A stretch of DNA of 64,000 nt from Bacilli bacterium (GCA_017405445.1 JAFRAK010000028.1:6034-70033), one strand, 5' to 3'; positions 9,619 to 20,648 are shown, counted from the first letter of the stretch. Made by a program: numbers and translations. The notes: generated by a model from the sequence alone, not told the origin.

Positions 9619-12050
9619 GTAGAATAGTCGTAGCCTTAGGAGGCAATGCATTAGGAAGTACTCCTCAAGAACAATTAGAAATTGTAAAAGAAACTTCAAA
9701 AAGTTTAGTTGATTTAGTTCAAGCAGGACATGAATTAATCATTACTCACGGAAATGGACCACAAGTTGGAATGATTTATAAAGCTATGGCTGCAGTTGAT
9801 CCAACAACAACAGAAGATGATATGCCTTTTCCTGAATGTGGCGCAATGTCACAAGGATATATTGGATATCACCTTCAACAAGCAATGGAACGAGAATTTG
9901 AATCTCGTAATATGAGAAGAAGAGTCGCAACTGTTGTATCACAAGTTGAGGTTGATGAAAATGACCCTGCTTTTCAAAATCCAACCAAACCAATTGGTTC
10001 ATTCTATACAGAAAAAGAAGCCAAAAGCTTAATGAAAGAAAGTGGAGATATCTACAAAGAAGATGCTGGACGAGGATGGAGAAAAGTCGTTGCTTCTCCA
10101 AAACCAATCAAAATATGTGAATTATCCACGGTTAAAAAATTAATAGAAGAACATAATATTGTCATTACTTGTGGAGGAGGAGGTATTCCTGTTATATCTA
10201 CAGAAAATGGATATAAAGGAGTAGATGCTGTCATTGATAAGGATAGAACTAGTGCTTTGCTCGCAAGTAGTATTGATGCAGATATATTGTTAATACTTAC
10301 TGCTGTAGATCAAGTAAAAATAAACTTTAATAAACCTAATGAAAAAAGTTTATCAAAGATTACGACAGATGAAGCAAAACAATACATTGAAAGTGGAGAA
10401 TTTGCTCCTGGATCTATGTTACCGAAAGTAGAAGCTTGTCTTTACTTTCTAGATCACGCTCATGATAAAAAGTCTATTATTACATCTTTAGAAAATGCCA
10501 AAGATGCGATTAATGGAAAAACAGGTACAACCATTATAAAAAAGGAGGATAAAAAGAAAATGGAAAGTACAGAAAAAGAAGCCAGAAGAAAAGCTTCACA
10601 GAAAAAGAATCAAAAACGTTCCTTAACTTTATCTGCATTTACAATTATATTGATTCTTACATTTGTGTTAGCTATCATTACTCATTTCTTGCCAGCTGCT
10701 CAATTTGAAGGAGAAGAATTGATTAATGGTAGTGGAGTTATCGGAGCAACTCTATCACAAACATTCTTAGCTCCAATTCTCGGATTTGCAGATGCAATTG
10801 ACATTTGTTTATTCGTACTTATTTTAGGAGCATTCCTAAAAGTAACTACTAAGACAGGAGCATTAGAAACAGGAATTGAAGTTCTAATTAAAAAACTAAA
10901 AGGAAAAGAACTTCTATTAATTCCAATTTTAATGTTTATCTTCTCAATTGGTGGAACTACTTATGGTATGCTTGAGGAAACAGTTGGATTTTATGCAATT
11001 CTAAGTGTTGCGATGGTTGCAGCAGGAATGGATACTTTAACAGCATCTGCTATTGTATTATTAGGAGCAGGTTCTGGAGTATTAGGATCAACCATCAATC
11101 CATTTGCAGTAGGAGCAGCAATCGATGCTTTACCAGAAGGTATTGCAGTAAATCAAGGTGTTATTATCGCATTAGGTATTGCATTATGGTTAACTACTTA
11201 TGCAATATCAACAATCGCAGTTATGTTATATGCTAAAAAAGTAATTAAGAAAAAAGGTTCAACTTTCTTATCTTTACAAGAACAAAAAGATATGGAAGAA
11301 ACTTATGCACCTAAGGAGGGACAAGAAAAGAAAAATCCTAAATTAACAGGTGGACAAAAAGTTACATTAATCTTATTCCTATTAACATTTATCGTAATGA
11401 TTGTTGGATTTATTCCTTGGGGAAGTTTTGGAATTACAATATTTGAAAAAGGAAAATTCTTCTCTACACTTACAGGATTACCATTAGGTGAATGGTATTT
11501 CCAAGAATCAACATTATGGTTCTTAATCATGACAATTGTAATTGGTGTTGTTAATAGAATGGGTGAAAACGAACTAGTAGATACATTCGTTGATGGCGCA
11601 GATGACATGGTAGGAGTTATTTTAGTAATTGCTATCGCAAGAGGAGCATCTGTATTAATGACTCAAACTCATTTAGATAATTATATTATTTATAATGCAG
11701 CAGAAGCATTAAGTACTTTATCAAAAGGAGTATTTGCTCCAATTAACTATATCTTACATGTAGGATTATCAGTATTAGTACCATCATCAAGTGGTCTTGC
11801 ATCATTATCTACTCCAATTATGGGACCTCTAGCAGATAAATTAGGATTCTCAGTAGAAGTTACAATTATGGAAATAGTAGCTGCTAACGGATTAGTAAAC
11901 TTATTTACTCCAACTTGTGGAGCTATCATGGGAGGACTTGAACTTGCTAAAGTAGAATATACTACTTGGTTAAAATGGGTAGGTAAGATTATTGCTATTA
12001 TAGCTGTTGTAAATATTATTATTTTAACAGTTGCTATGATAATTCTATAA
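9615..12050 (+). CDS. arcC: Carbamate kinase (aa 1-~310) fused in frame to a YfcC/DcuC-type multi-TM transporter (aa ~316-811, putative arginine/ornithine exchanger)
   Basis: N-terminus [12 protein letters not shown]...THGNGPQVG...GGGGIPV, complete to ...GKTGTTII. There is no stop codon. AAGGAGG at 10542-10548 and an in-frame ATG at 10560 precede a ~495-aa polytopic membrane domain ([19 protein letters not shown]..., [15 protein letters not shown]...). Confidence 0.8.
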   Translation: MSRIVVALGGNALGSTPQEQLEIVKETSKSLVDLVQAGHELIITHGNGPQVGMIYKAMAAVDPTTTEDDMPFPECGAMSQGYIGYHLQQAMEREFESRNMRRRVATVVSQVEVDENDPAFQNPTKPIGSFYTEKEAKSLMKESGDIYKEDAGRGWRKVVASPKPIKICELSTVKKLIEEHNIVITCGGGGIPVISTENGYKGVDAVIDKDRTSALLASSIDADILLILTAVDQVKINFNKPNEKSLSKITTDEAKQYIESGEFAPGSMLPKVEACLYFLDHAHDKKSIITSLENAKDAINGKTGTTIIKKEDKKKMESTEKEARRKASQKKNQKRSLTLSAFTIILILTFVLAIITHFLPAAQFEGEELINGSGVIGATLSQTFLAPILGFADAIDICLFVLILGAFLKVTTKTGALETGIEVLIKKLKGKELLLIPILMFIFSIGGTTYGMLEETVGFYAILSVAMVAAGMDTLTASAIVLLGAGSGVLGSTINPFAVGAAIDALPEGIAVNQGVIIALGIALWLTTYAISTIAVMLYAKKVIKKKGSTFLSLQEQKDMEETYAPKEGQEKKNPKLTGGQKVTLILFLLTFIVMIVGFIPWGSFGITIFEKGKFFSTLTGLPLGEWYFQESTLWFLIMTIVIGVVNRMGENELVDTFVDGADDMVGVILVIAIARGASVLMTQTHLDNYIIYNAAEALSTLSKGVFAPINYILHVGLSVLVPSSSGLASLSTPIMGPLADKLGFSVEVTIMEIVAANGLVNLFTPTCGAIMGGLELAKVEYTTWLKWVGKIIAIIAVVNIIILTVAMIIL

Positions 12051-12063
12051 TAAAGCATTCTAT

Positions 12064-12093
12064 AGGAAAGCACTAAAATGCTTTCCTATTTTT
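12064..12093 (+). terminator. Rho-independent terminator of the arc operon
   Basis: AGGAAAGCA (12064-12072) / CTAAAA / TGCTTTCCT (12079-12087), then ATTTTTC. Confidence 0.75.
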
Positions 12094-12110
12094 CATAAGG
12101 AAGTGAAATC

Positions 12111-13547
12111 ATGAAAAAGAAAATTTTCATCCTTTTAATCATCTGTTTATTATTTCTAACAGGATGTAGTTCAAAGAAAAAGACCTTAGTACTCGTAACA
12201 GAAGCAGGCTTTGCTCCTTATGAGTATTATCAAAACGGGCAAATAGTTGGAATAGATATTGATATTGGAAGAGAAATAGCGAAAGAATTAGGAATGGAAC
12301 TTGAAATAAAAGATGTTGCATTTGATTCAATTATTTCTGAAGTGAAAACAGAAAAAAGTGATATTGGTGCAGCAGGAATTAGTTATACAGAAGAAAGAGC
12401 AAAAGAAGTTGATTTTTCTATTGATTATATGGAATCAAAACAAATCCTAATTACGAAGAAAAATTCTTCTTTAAAAGATCTATCTATGTTAAACAATCAA
12501 AAAGTTGCAGTTCAATTAGGAAGTATTGCAGATGAATATCTAACAGAAAATTATAAAGATCTAACTATCATCCGTGAAAAGAAATTTCTTGCTGCCATTC
12601 AAGATTTAAAAGATGATAAAGTTGATGCAGTCGCAATGGATGAAATCCCCGCAAAAGAATTATTAGAAAATGATATGATAATTTTAGAAGAAGCACTAAC
12701 TACAGATCATTACGGAATGATTGTTAAAAAAGGAAATGAAGAATTATTAAATAAAGTAAATAAAGTAATACAAAGACTAAAAGATACAAAAGAAATAGAT
12801 AATATTGTATTAAAACATATGGGTTTAAGAGAAGAATCTACTCCTAAAAAACAAAATATAGTTGATAAGTTTTATTATAGTATTATCTATGATGGAAGAT
12901 ATAAATATATCTTAGAAGGTTTAAAAAATACTTTACTGATTGCTTTAGGTGCAGTTCTATTAGGTATTTTATTAGGAGGCATTGCTGCTATCTCTAGAAA
13001 TATTTATGATAATACGAATCGTTTAAAACTATTAAATGATATTTCTAAGATATATGTAACAGTAATAAGAGGAACTCCATCTACCTTACAATTAATGATT
13101 ATTTATTATATTATTTTTAAGGCAGTACCAGTAAATATTGTTTTAGTAGGTATCCTAGCATTTGGTATTAATAGTGGAGCCTATGTTGCTGAGATAATAA
13201 GGGCAGGATTTAATTCTGTTCCAAAAGGACAGAAAGAAGCAGGATATGCTTTAGGACTTCATTACTGGCAAGTAACTTCAAGAATTGTAATACCAGAAGC
13301 ATTAAAGAATATATTACCAGCACTAGGTAATGAATTTATAACTTTAGTAAAAGAAACATCTATCGGAGCCTATATTGGTATTGTAGAACTTACAAAAGCA
13401 AGTGATATTATCGCATCCCGTACATATGATTATTTCTTCCCACTAATTATAATCGCAATGATCTATTTATGTATTACCATGATATTATCCAAATTAATTG
13501 AAAAGATGGAGGTGAAGTTAAATCATGCTAGAAGTAAAAAATCTTAA
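12111..13547 (+). CDS. Polar amino-acid ABC transporter: lipoprotein substrate-binding domain fused to a permease domain
   Basis: 478 aa with lipobox LLFLTGCSS. Family-3 SBP features (TEAGFAPYEY, DIGAAGISYTEERAKEVDFS), then a HisM/GlnP-type permease (RGTPSTLQLMIIYY, EAGYALGL). The arginine substrate is inferred only from adjacency to arcABC. Confidence 0.85.
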   Translation: MKKKIFILLIICLLFLTGCSSKKKTLVLVTEAGFAPYEYYQNGQIVGIDIDIGREIAKELGMELEIKDVAFDSIISEVKTEKSDIGAAGISYTEERAKEVDFSIDYMESKQILITKKNSSLKDLSMLNNQKVAVQLGSIADEYLTENYKDLTIIREKKFLAAIQDLKDDKVDAVAMDEIPAKELLENDMIILEEALTTDHYGMIVKKGNEELLNKVNKVIQRLKDTKEIDNIVLKHMGLREESTPKKQNIVDKFYYSIIYDGRYKYILEGLKNTLLIALGAVLLGILLGGIAAISRNIYDNTNRLKLLNDISKIYVTVIRGTPSTLQLMIIYYIIFKAVPVNIVLVGILAFGINSGAYVAEIIRAGFNSVPKGQKEAGYALGLHYWQVTSRIVIPEALKNILPALGNEFITLVKETSIGAYIGIVELTKASDIIASRTYDYFFPLIIIAMIYLCITMILSKLIEKMEVKLNHARSKKS

Positions 13548-14250
13548 AAAAAGTTTTGGAGATAAAAAAGTTTTAAAAGGAATTGATTTAACGATAAACC
13601 GAGGAGATATTATTGGTATTATTGGTCCATCTGGATGTGGAAAATCTACCTTTCTAAGATGTTTAAATCTACTAGAAAAACCAGATTCTGGAGAAGTAAT
13701 TTTAGAAGGAGATAACTTAGTAGATAATAAAGATTTAGAAAGAATTAGAAGAAAAATAGGGATGGTCTTTCAACAATTTAATTTATTTGAAAATATGACT
13801 GTTTTAGATAATATAACTCTCGCACCAACTCTATTAAAAGTAATGAAAAAAGGTAAAGCAGAAAAAGAAGCAGATAAATTACTTGATAAAGTTGATTTAA
13901 AAGATAAAAAGAATAATTATCCAGAAGAATTATCTGGAGGTCAAAAACAAAGAGTTGCGATAGCTAGAAGTTTAATGATGAAACCAGAAATTATGTTGTT
14001 TGATGAACCAACATCTGCCTTAGATCCAGAAATGATAGGGGAAGTAACAAACCTTATGAGACAACTTGCTAAAGAAGGAATGACAATGGTAATAGTATCT
14101 CATGAAATAAATTTTATAAAAAATTTCTGTACTAGAGTCGTATTCATGTCAGATGGAGTAATCCAAGAAGAAGGAACAAGTGAAGATATCTTTATGAATC
14201 CTAAAAATAGTAAATTAAAAAATTTCTTATCAAAAATAAACAATATATAA
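13525..14250 (+). CDS. Polar amino-acid ABC transporter ATP-binding protein (GlnQ/ArtP-like)
   Basis: 241 aa with Walker A GPSGCGKST, signature LSGGQKQRVAIAR and Walker B IMLFDEPTSALD. Confidence 0.92.
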   Translation: MLEVKNLKKSFGDKKVLKGIDLTINRGDIIGIIGPSGCGKSTFLRCLNLLEKPDSGEVILEGDNLVDNKDLERIRRKIGMVFQQFNLFENMTVLDNITLAPTLLKVMKKGKAEKEADKLLDKVDLKDKKNNYPEELSGGQKQRVAIARSLMMKPEIMLFDEPTSALDPEMIGEVTNLMRQLAKEGMTMVIVSHEINFIKNFCTRVVFMSDGVIQEEGTSEDIFMNPKNSKLKNFLSKINNI

Positions 14251-14304
14251 AGGAGCAATTAAAAGAAATCTAAAAGACATAGCAGTTTCTTGGTCACTGC
14301 AATT

Positions 14305-14345
14305 ATCCATCATTTTCTTTTTAGAAAGTGATGGATTTTTTTAAT
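14305..14345 (+). terminator. Rho-independent terminator after the amino-acid ABC genes
   Basis: ATCCATCA (14305-14312) pairs with TGATGGAT (14329-14336), with an inner TTTCT/AGAAA pairing, followed by T7. Confidence 0.75.
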
Positions 14346-14385
14346 TATTTTTGATAATATGTAAATATAGTAGGAAGGTGTCGAA

Positions 14386-15468
14386 ATGAAAAATGTTATT
14401 GTACGTTTAGATAATGTTAGTAAGAAATTTGATGATAAGACAATTATTAAAAATGTATCATTAGATATTTATGAAGGGGAGTTTATTACGTTATTAGGTC
14501 CATCTGGCTGTGGGAAAACAACAATTCTTAGAATGATATCAGGCCTTGAAAGAGTAACTTCTGGAGATGTCTATATCGACGGAGAAAATGTTACGAATGT
14601 TGAGCCAACTGATAGACCAGTTAATACTATTTTTCAAAATTTTGCACTATTTCCTTTTATGACGGTATGGGATAATGTTAATTTTGGTTTAAAAATGAAA
14701 AAAGTACCAAAAGAAGAAGCAGAAAAAAGAATTAAAAAAGCAATTAAATTAGTAAAATTAGAAGGATTTGAACATCGTTATCCTCCACAACTTTCTGGTG
14801 GGCAACAACAAAGAGTTGCGATTGCGAGAGGAATTGTCATGAACCATAAAGTATTACTCTTAGATGAATCTTTATGTTCTCTTGATTTAAAGTTAAAAAG
14901 AGAAATGCAAATAGAACTAAAAAAACTACAAAAGCAATTAGGGATGACATTTATCTATGTAACACATGATCAAGATGAAGCTCTTACAATGAGTGATCGA
15001 ATTGCCATTATTAATAAAGGAGTAATCGAACAATTAGATTCTCCTATGGCAATCTATCGTCATCCTAAAACTACTTTTGTTGCTGATTTTATTGGAGAAA
15101 GTAATATTCTAAATGGAACAATCGGTGGAGTAGTAGGAGAGAATGCTTTCCTAAATATATTAGATAATATTACTCTAACAATTAAGAATAATCACTATAA
15201 AAAAGATCAAATATTAAAAGTATTATTTAGACCAGAAACATTTGAAATTCATAATAAAGAAGTAAAAGATAGTATACCAGGACTTGTAAAAGACTATATA
15301 TATGATGGACAATTTTCTAAATTAGAAGTATTAGTTGGAAAGAAGGAACCAATTACTTTAAAAGTAACAATAACAGATGCAGATTTATGTAAAAAAGATG
15401 ATACAGTATTTTTAACAGTACCAGAAGAAAAAATTGTTATTATAGGGGAAGAATATGAAGAAGAATAA
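14386..15468 (+). CDS. potA: Spermidine/putrescine ABC transporter ATP-binding protein
   Basis: 360 aa with GPSGCGKTT, LSGGQQQRVAIAR and a C-terminal TOBE-like extension. Followed by potB, potC and potD. Confidence 0.88.
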   Translation: MKNVIVRLDNVSKKFDDKTIIKNVSLDIYEGEFITLLGPSGCGKTTILRMISGLERVTSGDVYIDGENVTNVEPTDRPVNTIFQNFALFPFMTVWDNVNFGLKMKKVPKEEAEKRIKKAIKLVKLEGFEHRYPPQLSGGQQQRVAIARGIVMNHKVLLLDESLCSLDLKLKREMQIELKKLQKQLGMTFIYVTHDQDEALTMSDRIAIINKGVIEQLDSPMAIYRHPKTTFVADFIGESNILNGTIGGVVGENAFLNILDNITLTIKNNHYKKDQILKVLFRPETFEIHNKEVKDSIPGLVKDYIYDGQFSKLEVLVGKKEPITLKVTITDADLCKKDDTVFLTVPEEKIVIIGEEYEEE

Positions 15469-16309
15469 ATTATTTCAATATTTTCTTTTGTTTCCTGTTA
15501 TTATTTATAGTTTTTTATTAATACTAATTCCACTAATTTATGTATTATTCTTATCTTTTTGTAAAAATGATTCTTACGGTGGAATGATTTATGAATTTAC
15601 ATTATCGAATTATCTAACAATATTTGATTTTACTTATATGATGATTTTATTAAAATCAGCATTAATTGCTTTAATCGCAACATTGATATGTGCGTTTATA
15701 TCTTATCCTTTTTCTATATTCTTAATGGATAAAAGTGAAAGGACAAGATCTTTCTTAATTAAATTAGTAATGATTCCTTTTCTTACAAATTCCTTAATAA
15801 GGACCTATGGATGGATTGTATTATTAAGAAAAAATGGGGTCATTAATAGTGCTTTAATAGGAACTGGAATAATATCAAAACCACTCAGTCTAATGTATAA
15901 TAATCTAGGTATTATTATTGGTATGGTATATACATTACTTCCATTTATGATATTACCAATTTATAGTGCTGTTAGTAAGATGGATTATAGTTTAGTAGAA
16001 GCTGCTAAAGACTTAGGAGCTTCCAAATGGAAAGTATTTAAAGAAGTGATTTTACCATCTACCATATCAGGATTATTTAATGGTAGTTTAATGGTATTTA
16101 TTCCAGCAATAGGATATTTCTTTATCTCTGATATTTTAGGAGGAGGTAAAGTAATGATTATTGGTAACTTAATAAAGAATCAATTCTTAACAGCTAGAAA
16201 TTGGCCATTTGGTTCTGCAATATCAATCTTCTTAATCTTAATTACCTTCCTTCTTGTAAAATTATACAAGAAGATTGGTGGTAAAATGGATGATTTGGGA
16301 GGTTTTTAA
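15455..16309 (+). CDS. potB: Spermidine/putrescine ABC transporter permease
   Basis: 284 aa, 6 predicted TM helices, EAA-loop-like EAAKDLGASKWKVFKEVILP. Confidence 0.85.
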   Translation: MKKNKLFQYFLLFPVIIYSFLLILIPLIYVLFLSFCKNDSYGGMIYEFTLSNYLTIFDFTYMMILLKSALIALIATLICAFISYPFSIFLMDKSERTRSFLIKLVMIPFLTNSLIRTYGWIVLLRKNGVINSALIGTGIISKPLSLMYNNLGIIIGMVYTLLPFMILPIYSAVSKMDYSLVEAAKDLGASKWKVFKEVILPSTISGLFNGSLMVFIPAIGYFFISDILGGGKVMIIGNLIKNQFLTARNWPFGSAISIFLILITFLLVKLYKKIGGKMDDLGGF

Positions 16310-16310
16310 T

Positions 16311-17105
16311 ATGAATAAGAATAAACTATTTCGAAATCTATTTATTATTTTAGTCTATATCTTTTTATTTCTACCAATCATCATTTTAATACTTTATTCT
16401 TTTAATGATTCTAAAATGAATATTATCTTTACTCATTTTACTCTACGTTGGTATCAAGAATTAATTCATAATCAAGAATTATTAAACGCCTTCTCAAATA
16501 CCTTAATTATTGCAATAACTAGCACAGCAATTTCAACCGTTATAGGAACAATATCAGCAGTTGGTCTATTTAAATATAAATTTCCTGGTAAAAATCTAAT
16601 TAATGGATTAATTTATATTCCTATAGTTATACCGGAAATAGTACTGGGAATCTCTCTATTAAGTGTTTATACTTTATCTAAATTAGAATTAGGAATTGGT
16701 ACGATATTACTTTCACATATTGCATTTTCAATTCCTTATGTAATTACTAGTGTGAGATCTACACTAAATCCAATGACATCTCAAATAGAAGAAGCTGCAT
16801 ATGACTTAGGCGCATCGAAATTAAAAACGTTTTGGTATGTAACATTACCAATGATTTTTCCAGGAGTGGTATCTGGAGCTGCCTTAGCATTTACTTTATC
16901 ACTTGATGATGTTGTTATTAGTTATTTCACAGCTGGACCTGGAAGTAATACGCTACCATTAAAGATTTATTCTATGATTAAAACAGGAATTACTCCAGAT
17001 GTAAATGCATTATCTAGTATTATTTTACTGATTACAATTGTTGTCTTAACAGTTGCAACAATATATCAAACAAAAACAATACAAAAAAGGGAGATGGCAA
17101 AATGA
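16311..17105 (+). CDS. potC: Spermidine/putrescine ABC transporter permease
   Basis: EAAYDLGASKLKTFWYVTLP loop. I prefer ATG 16311 (GGGAGG 8 nt upstream, directly after the potB stop) to the ORF-track start at 16275. Confidence 0.85.
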   Translation: MNKNKLFRNLFIILVYIFLFLPIIILILYSFNDSKMNIIFTHFTLRWYQELIHNQELLNAFSNTLIIAITSTAISTVIGTISAVGLFKYKFPGKNLINGLIYIPIVIPEIVLGISLLSVYTLSKLELGIGTILLSHIAFSIPYVITSVRSTLNPMTSQIEEAAYDLGASKLKTFWYVTLPMIFPGVVSGAALAFTLSLDDVVISYFTAGPGSNTLPLKIYSMIKTGITPDVNALSSIILLITIVVLTVATIYQTKTIQKREMAK

Positions 17106-18100
17106 AAAAGATAATCATACTAATTTTAGGAATCTTTCTTTTTACAGGGTGTACTAATAATCAATATAAAGGAGTAGTGAATGTTTTAAACTGGTCCAGC
17201 TATATTCCTGATGATGTTATTTCTGATTTTGAAAAAGAATACAATATTAAAGTTCATTATGGAACTTATTCTTCAAATGAAGAATTACTTGCTAAAATAT
17301 CATCATCGAAAGAAGGAACTTATGATTTAATCTTTCCAAGTGATTATATGATTGAGTTAATGAAACAGAGAGAATTATTAGAGCCTTTTCAAAAAGAAAA
17401 ACTAAATAATTTAAATAATATTAATATTAGATTTTTAAAACAACCATATGATTCTAATAATGAGTATTCTGTTCCTTTTCTACTTGCAACAACAACCATA
17501 GCAGTAAATAAAGATAGTATTAAAGATAATATTACATCTTATCAAGATTTATTAAATGAAAAATATCAGAATAATATTGTTTTAATAGATGATCAAAGAA
17601 TCATCATTGGAGCAGCCCTACAAGGATTAGGCTATGATATTAATGATACAAATAAAGAACATCTAGAAGAAGCATATAATTTTTTAATGAAATTAAAGAA
17701 AAATGTTAAAGCATTTGATAGTGATAGTCCAAAGACATTTTTAATTACCAAAGAAGTCGATATTGGTCTAATTTGGAATGCTGAGAGTATTTTAGCAAAA
17801 GAAGAAAATGATAATATTGAGATTATTTATCCAGAAGATGGATATGTTCTAAGTATGGATAATTATGCTATTGTAAAGGGTTCTAAAAATAAAGAAAATG
17901 CTTATCTCTTAATTGACTATTTATTAAGAGATGATATATGTGAAAGAATTATTAAAGAATATCCTTATATTAGTACCAATAAACATGTAGGAAATTTAAG
18001 TGATGAAGAAGTATCTGTAATACTAAAAAACGGCAGTTATATTAAAAATATAGGAGAACATATAAGCGACTATGATAAATTATGGGCTCGTATAAAGTAG
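17102..18100 (+). CDS. potD: Spermidine/putrescine-binding lipoprotein
   Basis: 332 aa with lipobox LFTGCTN and PotD-like layout (VLNWSSYIPDDVISDFEKEY...). ATGA overlap with potC. Confidence 0.85.
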   Translation: MKKIIILILGIFLFTGCTNNQYKGVVNVLNWSSYIPDDVISDFEKEYNIKVHYGTYSSNEELLAKISSSKEGTYDLIFPSDYMIELMKQRELLEPFQKEKLNNLNNINIRFLKQPYDSNNEYSVPFLLATTTIAVNKDSIKDNITSYQDLLNEKYQNNIVLIDDQRIIIGAALQGLGYDINDTNKEHLEEAYNFLMKLKKNVKAFDSDSPKTFLITKEVDIGLIWNAESILAKEENDNIEIIYPEDGYVLSMDNYAIVKGSKNKENAYLLIDYLLRDDICERIIKEYPYISTNKHVGNLSDEEVSVILKNGSYIKNIGEHISDYDKLWARIK

Positions 18101-18109
18101 TGTCAAGCG

Positions 18110-18137
18110 ATTGTTTTTAGATTGTATTAAAAACAAT
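18110..18137 (+). promoter_or_regulatory. 10-bp perfect inverted repeat between potD and ptcA (candidate operator or weak terminator)
   Basis: ATTGTTTTTA (18110-18119) / 8-nt loop / TAAAAACAAT (18128-18137). No T-run follows, so it is not a canonical terminator. Confidence 0.3.
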
Positions 18138-18180
18138 TGTGTGATATATTTATTTTAAGATAGGAGGAATAAGAAAGGAA

Positions 18181-19167
18181 ATGAAAAGAGACTACATCTC
18201 GACCCAAGATTATACGAAAGAAGAACTCTTGGATATTATTAGAATTAGTTTACTAATTAAGAAAAATATTAAAGCGGGTTATTCTTTAAATGTGTTGTAT
18301 CATAAAACACTAGGTATGATCTTTGAGCAAGCATCCACAAGAACAAGATGTTCTTTTGAGACAGCAATGACTCAATTAGGTGGACATGCTCAATATTTAG
18401 CACCTGGACAAATTCAGTTAGGAAAACATGAAAGTATGAAAGATACTTCCATCGTACTTTCAAGAATTGTTGATGTTTTAATGGCTCGTGTTATTGAACA
18501 TAAAACAGTAGTTGAACTAGCAAAGTATTCTACGGTACCAGTATTAAATGGAATGAGTGATTGGAATCATCCTACTCAAGAAATGGGAGATATCATTACA
18601 ATATTTGAACATTTACCACCTGGTAAAAGTGTAGAAGACTTAAAAGTTGTATTTGTCGGAGATTGTACACAAGTTTGCGCTTCCCTTGGTATGATGATTA
18701 CAAAAATGGGAGGACATTTCGTTCATTATGGACCTAAAGATTTCCAATTAAGAGGAGATTATATTGACATATTGGAAGAAAATTGTCGTGAAAGCGGTGG
18801 AACATATCTAATTACTGATAATGAAGAAGATGCTCTAACTGATGCAGACTTTATCTACACAGATGTTTGGTATGGATTATATGAAGCAGAAATGCCAAAA
18901 GAAGAAAGAATGCGTATATTCTATCCAAAATATCAAGTTAATATGGATATGATTAGAAAATGTTCACCAAATGTTAAATTCATGCATTGCTTACCAGCTA
19001 CTAGAGGAGAAGAGGTAACAGATGAAGTAATGGATGATGAAAGAATCTCAATCTGTTTCGATGAAGCAGAAAACCGTTTAACCGCAATGAGAGGATTATT
19101 AGTTTATTTAATGGGAGTAAAAGATTTAACAACAGAGATTTGTAAGAAAAATTTAGGAATGAAATAA
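18181..19167 (+). CDS. ptcA: Putrescine carbamoyltransferase
   Basis: 328 aa. MKRDY... N-terminus, [35 protein letters not shown] and [23 protein letters not shown] closely follow the Enterococcus-type PTCase as I remember it. Adjacent to aguD and aguA. Confidence 0.85.
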   Translation: MKRDYISTQDYTKEELLDIIRISLLIKKNIKAGYSLNVLYHKTLGMIFEQASTRTRCSFETAMTQLGGHAQYLAPGQIQLGKHESMKDTSIVLSRIVDVLMARVIEHKTVVELAKYSTVPVLNGMSDWNHPTQEMGDIITIFEHLPPGKSVEDLKVVFVGDCTQVCASLGMMITKMGGHFVHYGPKDFQLRGDYIDILEENCRESGGTYLITDNEEDALTDADFIYTDVWYGLYEAEMPKEERMRIFYPKYQVNMDMIRKCSPNVKFMHCLPATRGEEVTDEVMDDERISICFDEAENRLTAMRGLLVYLMGVKDLTTEICKKNLGMK

Positions 19168-19178
19168 GGTGAAAGAAT

Positions 19179-20621
19179 ATGGAAAAGAAAAAGAAAAAAT
19201 TTAGATTAATGGATGCCATATTAGGAACTGTGTGTTTAACACTTGTTTGTGAATCTGTTATGCCTACAGCTGCTATTGGTAATACTCAATACTTTTGGTG
19301 GATATTCTTACTTGTATGTTTCTGTCTACCATATGGTATGATTAGTGCTGAACTTGGAACAACATATCCAAGTGAAGGTGGAATGTATGACTGGGTAAAA
19401 CGTGCTTTTGGTCCAAAATGGGCTGGACGTGTTGCTTGGAACTATTGGGTTAATTTCCCACTATGGATTGCATCACTAGCTGTTGCAGTTACAGATATCA
19501 TTGCTGGAATGTGTAATATTGAATTAAGCGTGGTATCATTATTAATTCTTCAATTGATTTATGTATGGGTAGTTACTTTATTAAGTACTCAAAGAATTGG
19601 AGAAAGCAAATATATCGTTAACTTAGGAACTTTCTTCAAAGTATTATTACTTTTAGGAATAGGTGGTTTAGGTATTTATTCTGTTATTAAAACAGGACAA
19701 AGTGCTAATCCAATTACAAGCTTTAAAGATTTATTACCAGATTTAAGTTTAAATATTGATACTGGTTTACCATTTATTTCAATTATCCTATTTAACTTTA
19801 TGGGATTCGAAGTAGTTGGTACATGGACTGATGATATGGAAAATCCTAAAAAAGATATTCCAAAAGCATTATTATTTGGTGGCCTTTTAATGGCAATTTT
19901 CTATATCTTACCAGCAACAGGATTTAATATTGCATTATCTCCAGAAGTAGTTGGAGAAATGGATCCAGAAAATGTTGTAGAAGTTTTAAATAACTTATTT
20001 ACTGCAGTTGGAATGAATGCGGCACTTATTAATACTTTAGTTATCATTGCTGGATGTATGTTTATTTATACATTTATCGCAAACATTGCTTCTTGGTCAT
20101 TTGGAGTAAATGAAGTTGCTAAATATGCTGCTGAAGATGGTTCTATGCCTAAATTATTTGCTAAAACAAATGAAGAAGGAGTACCTCATGTAGCTGCTTA
20201 TATCAATGGAATTGTTGCATCAGTAATTGTTATATTAGGTATTATTGCTAATGCAATCTCAGAAGACTTTGGTGCAGGATTTAGTTTATTCTTCTGCTTA
20301 AGCTGGATTACATTATTAGTTGGATATATCCCAATGTTCTTAGCTTTCTTAAAACTAAGAAAAACAGATCCAAATGCTAATAGACCATATCAAGTACCTG
20401 TAAAAGGATTTATGGAAAAAGTTTGTGCAATTGTACCTTTTGTAATCTTAATTTTAGGAGTATTATTCACAATCTTTGGAGACTTCAGTAGTGAATATTT
20501 TATGGATAATATTCCATTAATCGCTGGTGTAGTATTATCATTCATTATTGAAGAAATCTTAGTTGCTAGAATTAAAACAAAAAAACCTGCTAAAAAAGAA
20601 GAAGCAGAAGAAATACTATAA
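19179..20621 (+). CDS. aguD: APC-family amino acid/polyamine antiporter, probable agmatine:putrescine antiporter
   Basis: 480 aa, about 12 TM helices. Lies between ptcA and aguA as in characterised AgDI clusters. Substrate is inferred from context. Confidence 0.75.
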   Translation: MEKKKKKFRLMDAILGTVCLTLVCESVMPTAAIGNTQYFWWIFLLVCFCLPYGMISAELGTTYPSEGGMYDWVKRAFGPKWAGRVAWNYWVNFPLWIASLAVAVTDIIAGMCNIELSVVSLLILQLIYVWVVTLLSTQRIGESKYIVNLGTFFKVLLLLGIGGLGIYSVIKTGQSANPITSFKDLLPDLSLNIDTGLPFISIILFNFMGFEVVGTWTDDMENPKKDIPKALLFGGLLMAIFYILPATGFNIALSPEVVGEMDPENVVEVLNNLFTAVGMNAALINTLVIIAGCMFIYTFIANIASWSFGVNEVAKYAAEDGSMPKLFAKTNEEGVPHVAAYINGIVASVIVILGIIANAISEDFGAGFSLFFCLSWITLLVGYIPMFLAFLKLRKTDPNANRPYQVPVKGFMEKVCAIVPFVILILGVLFTIFGDFSSEYFMDNIPLIAGVVLSFIIEEILVARIKTKKPAKKEEAEEIL

Positions 20622-20625
20622 GAGT

Positions 20626-20648
20626 AAGAGGTTAAATAACCTCTTTTC
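20626..20648 (+). terminator. Hairpin after aguD (weak terminator or attenuator)
   Basis: AAGAGGTT (20626-20633) / AAAT / AACCTCTT (20638-20645), then TTCT. The T-run is short. Confidence 0.4.

Noticed and set aside
16275-16310. Upstream alternative starts given by the ORF track (potC at 16275, giant gene GTG 52327, 50878 TTG, 31547 GTG).
   Set aside because: In each case a downstream ATG or GTG has a properly spaced SD (GGGAGG, GGGAG, AAGAGGTG, AGGTGG). The upstream extension overlaps the previous gene or adds non-conserved residues.
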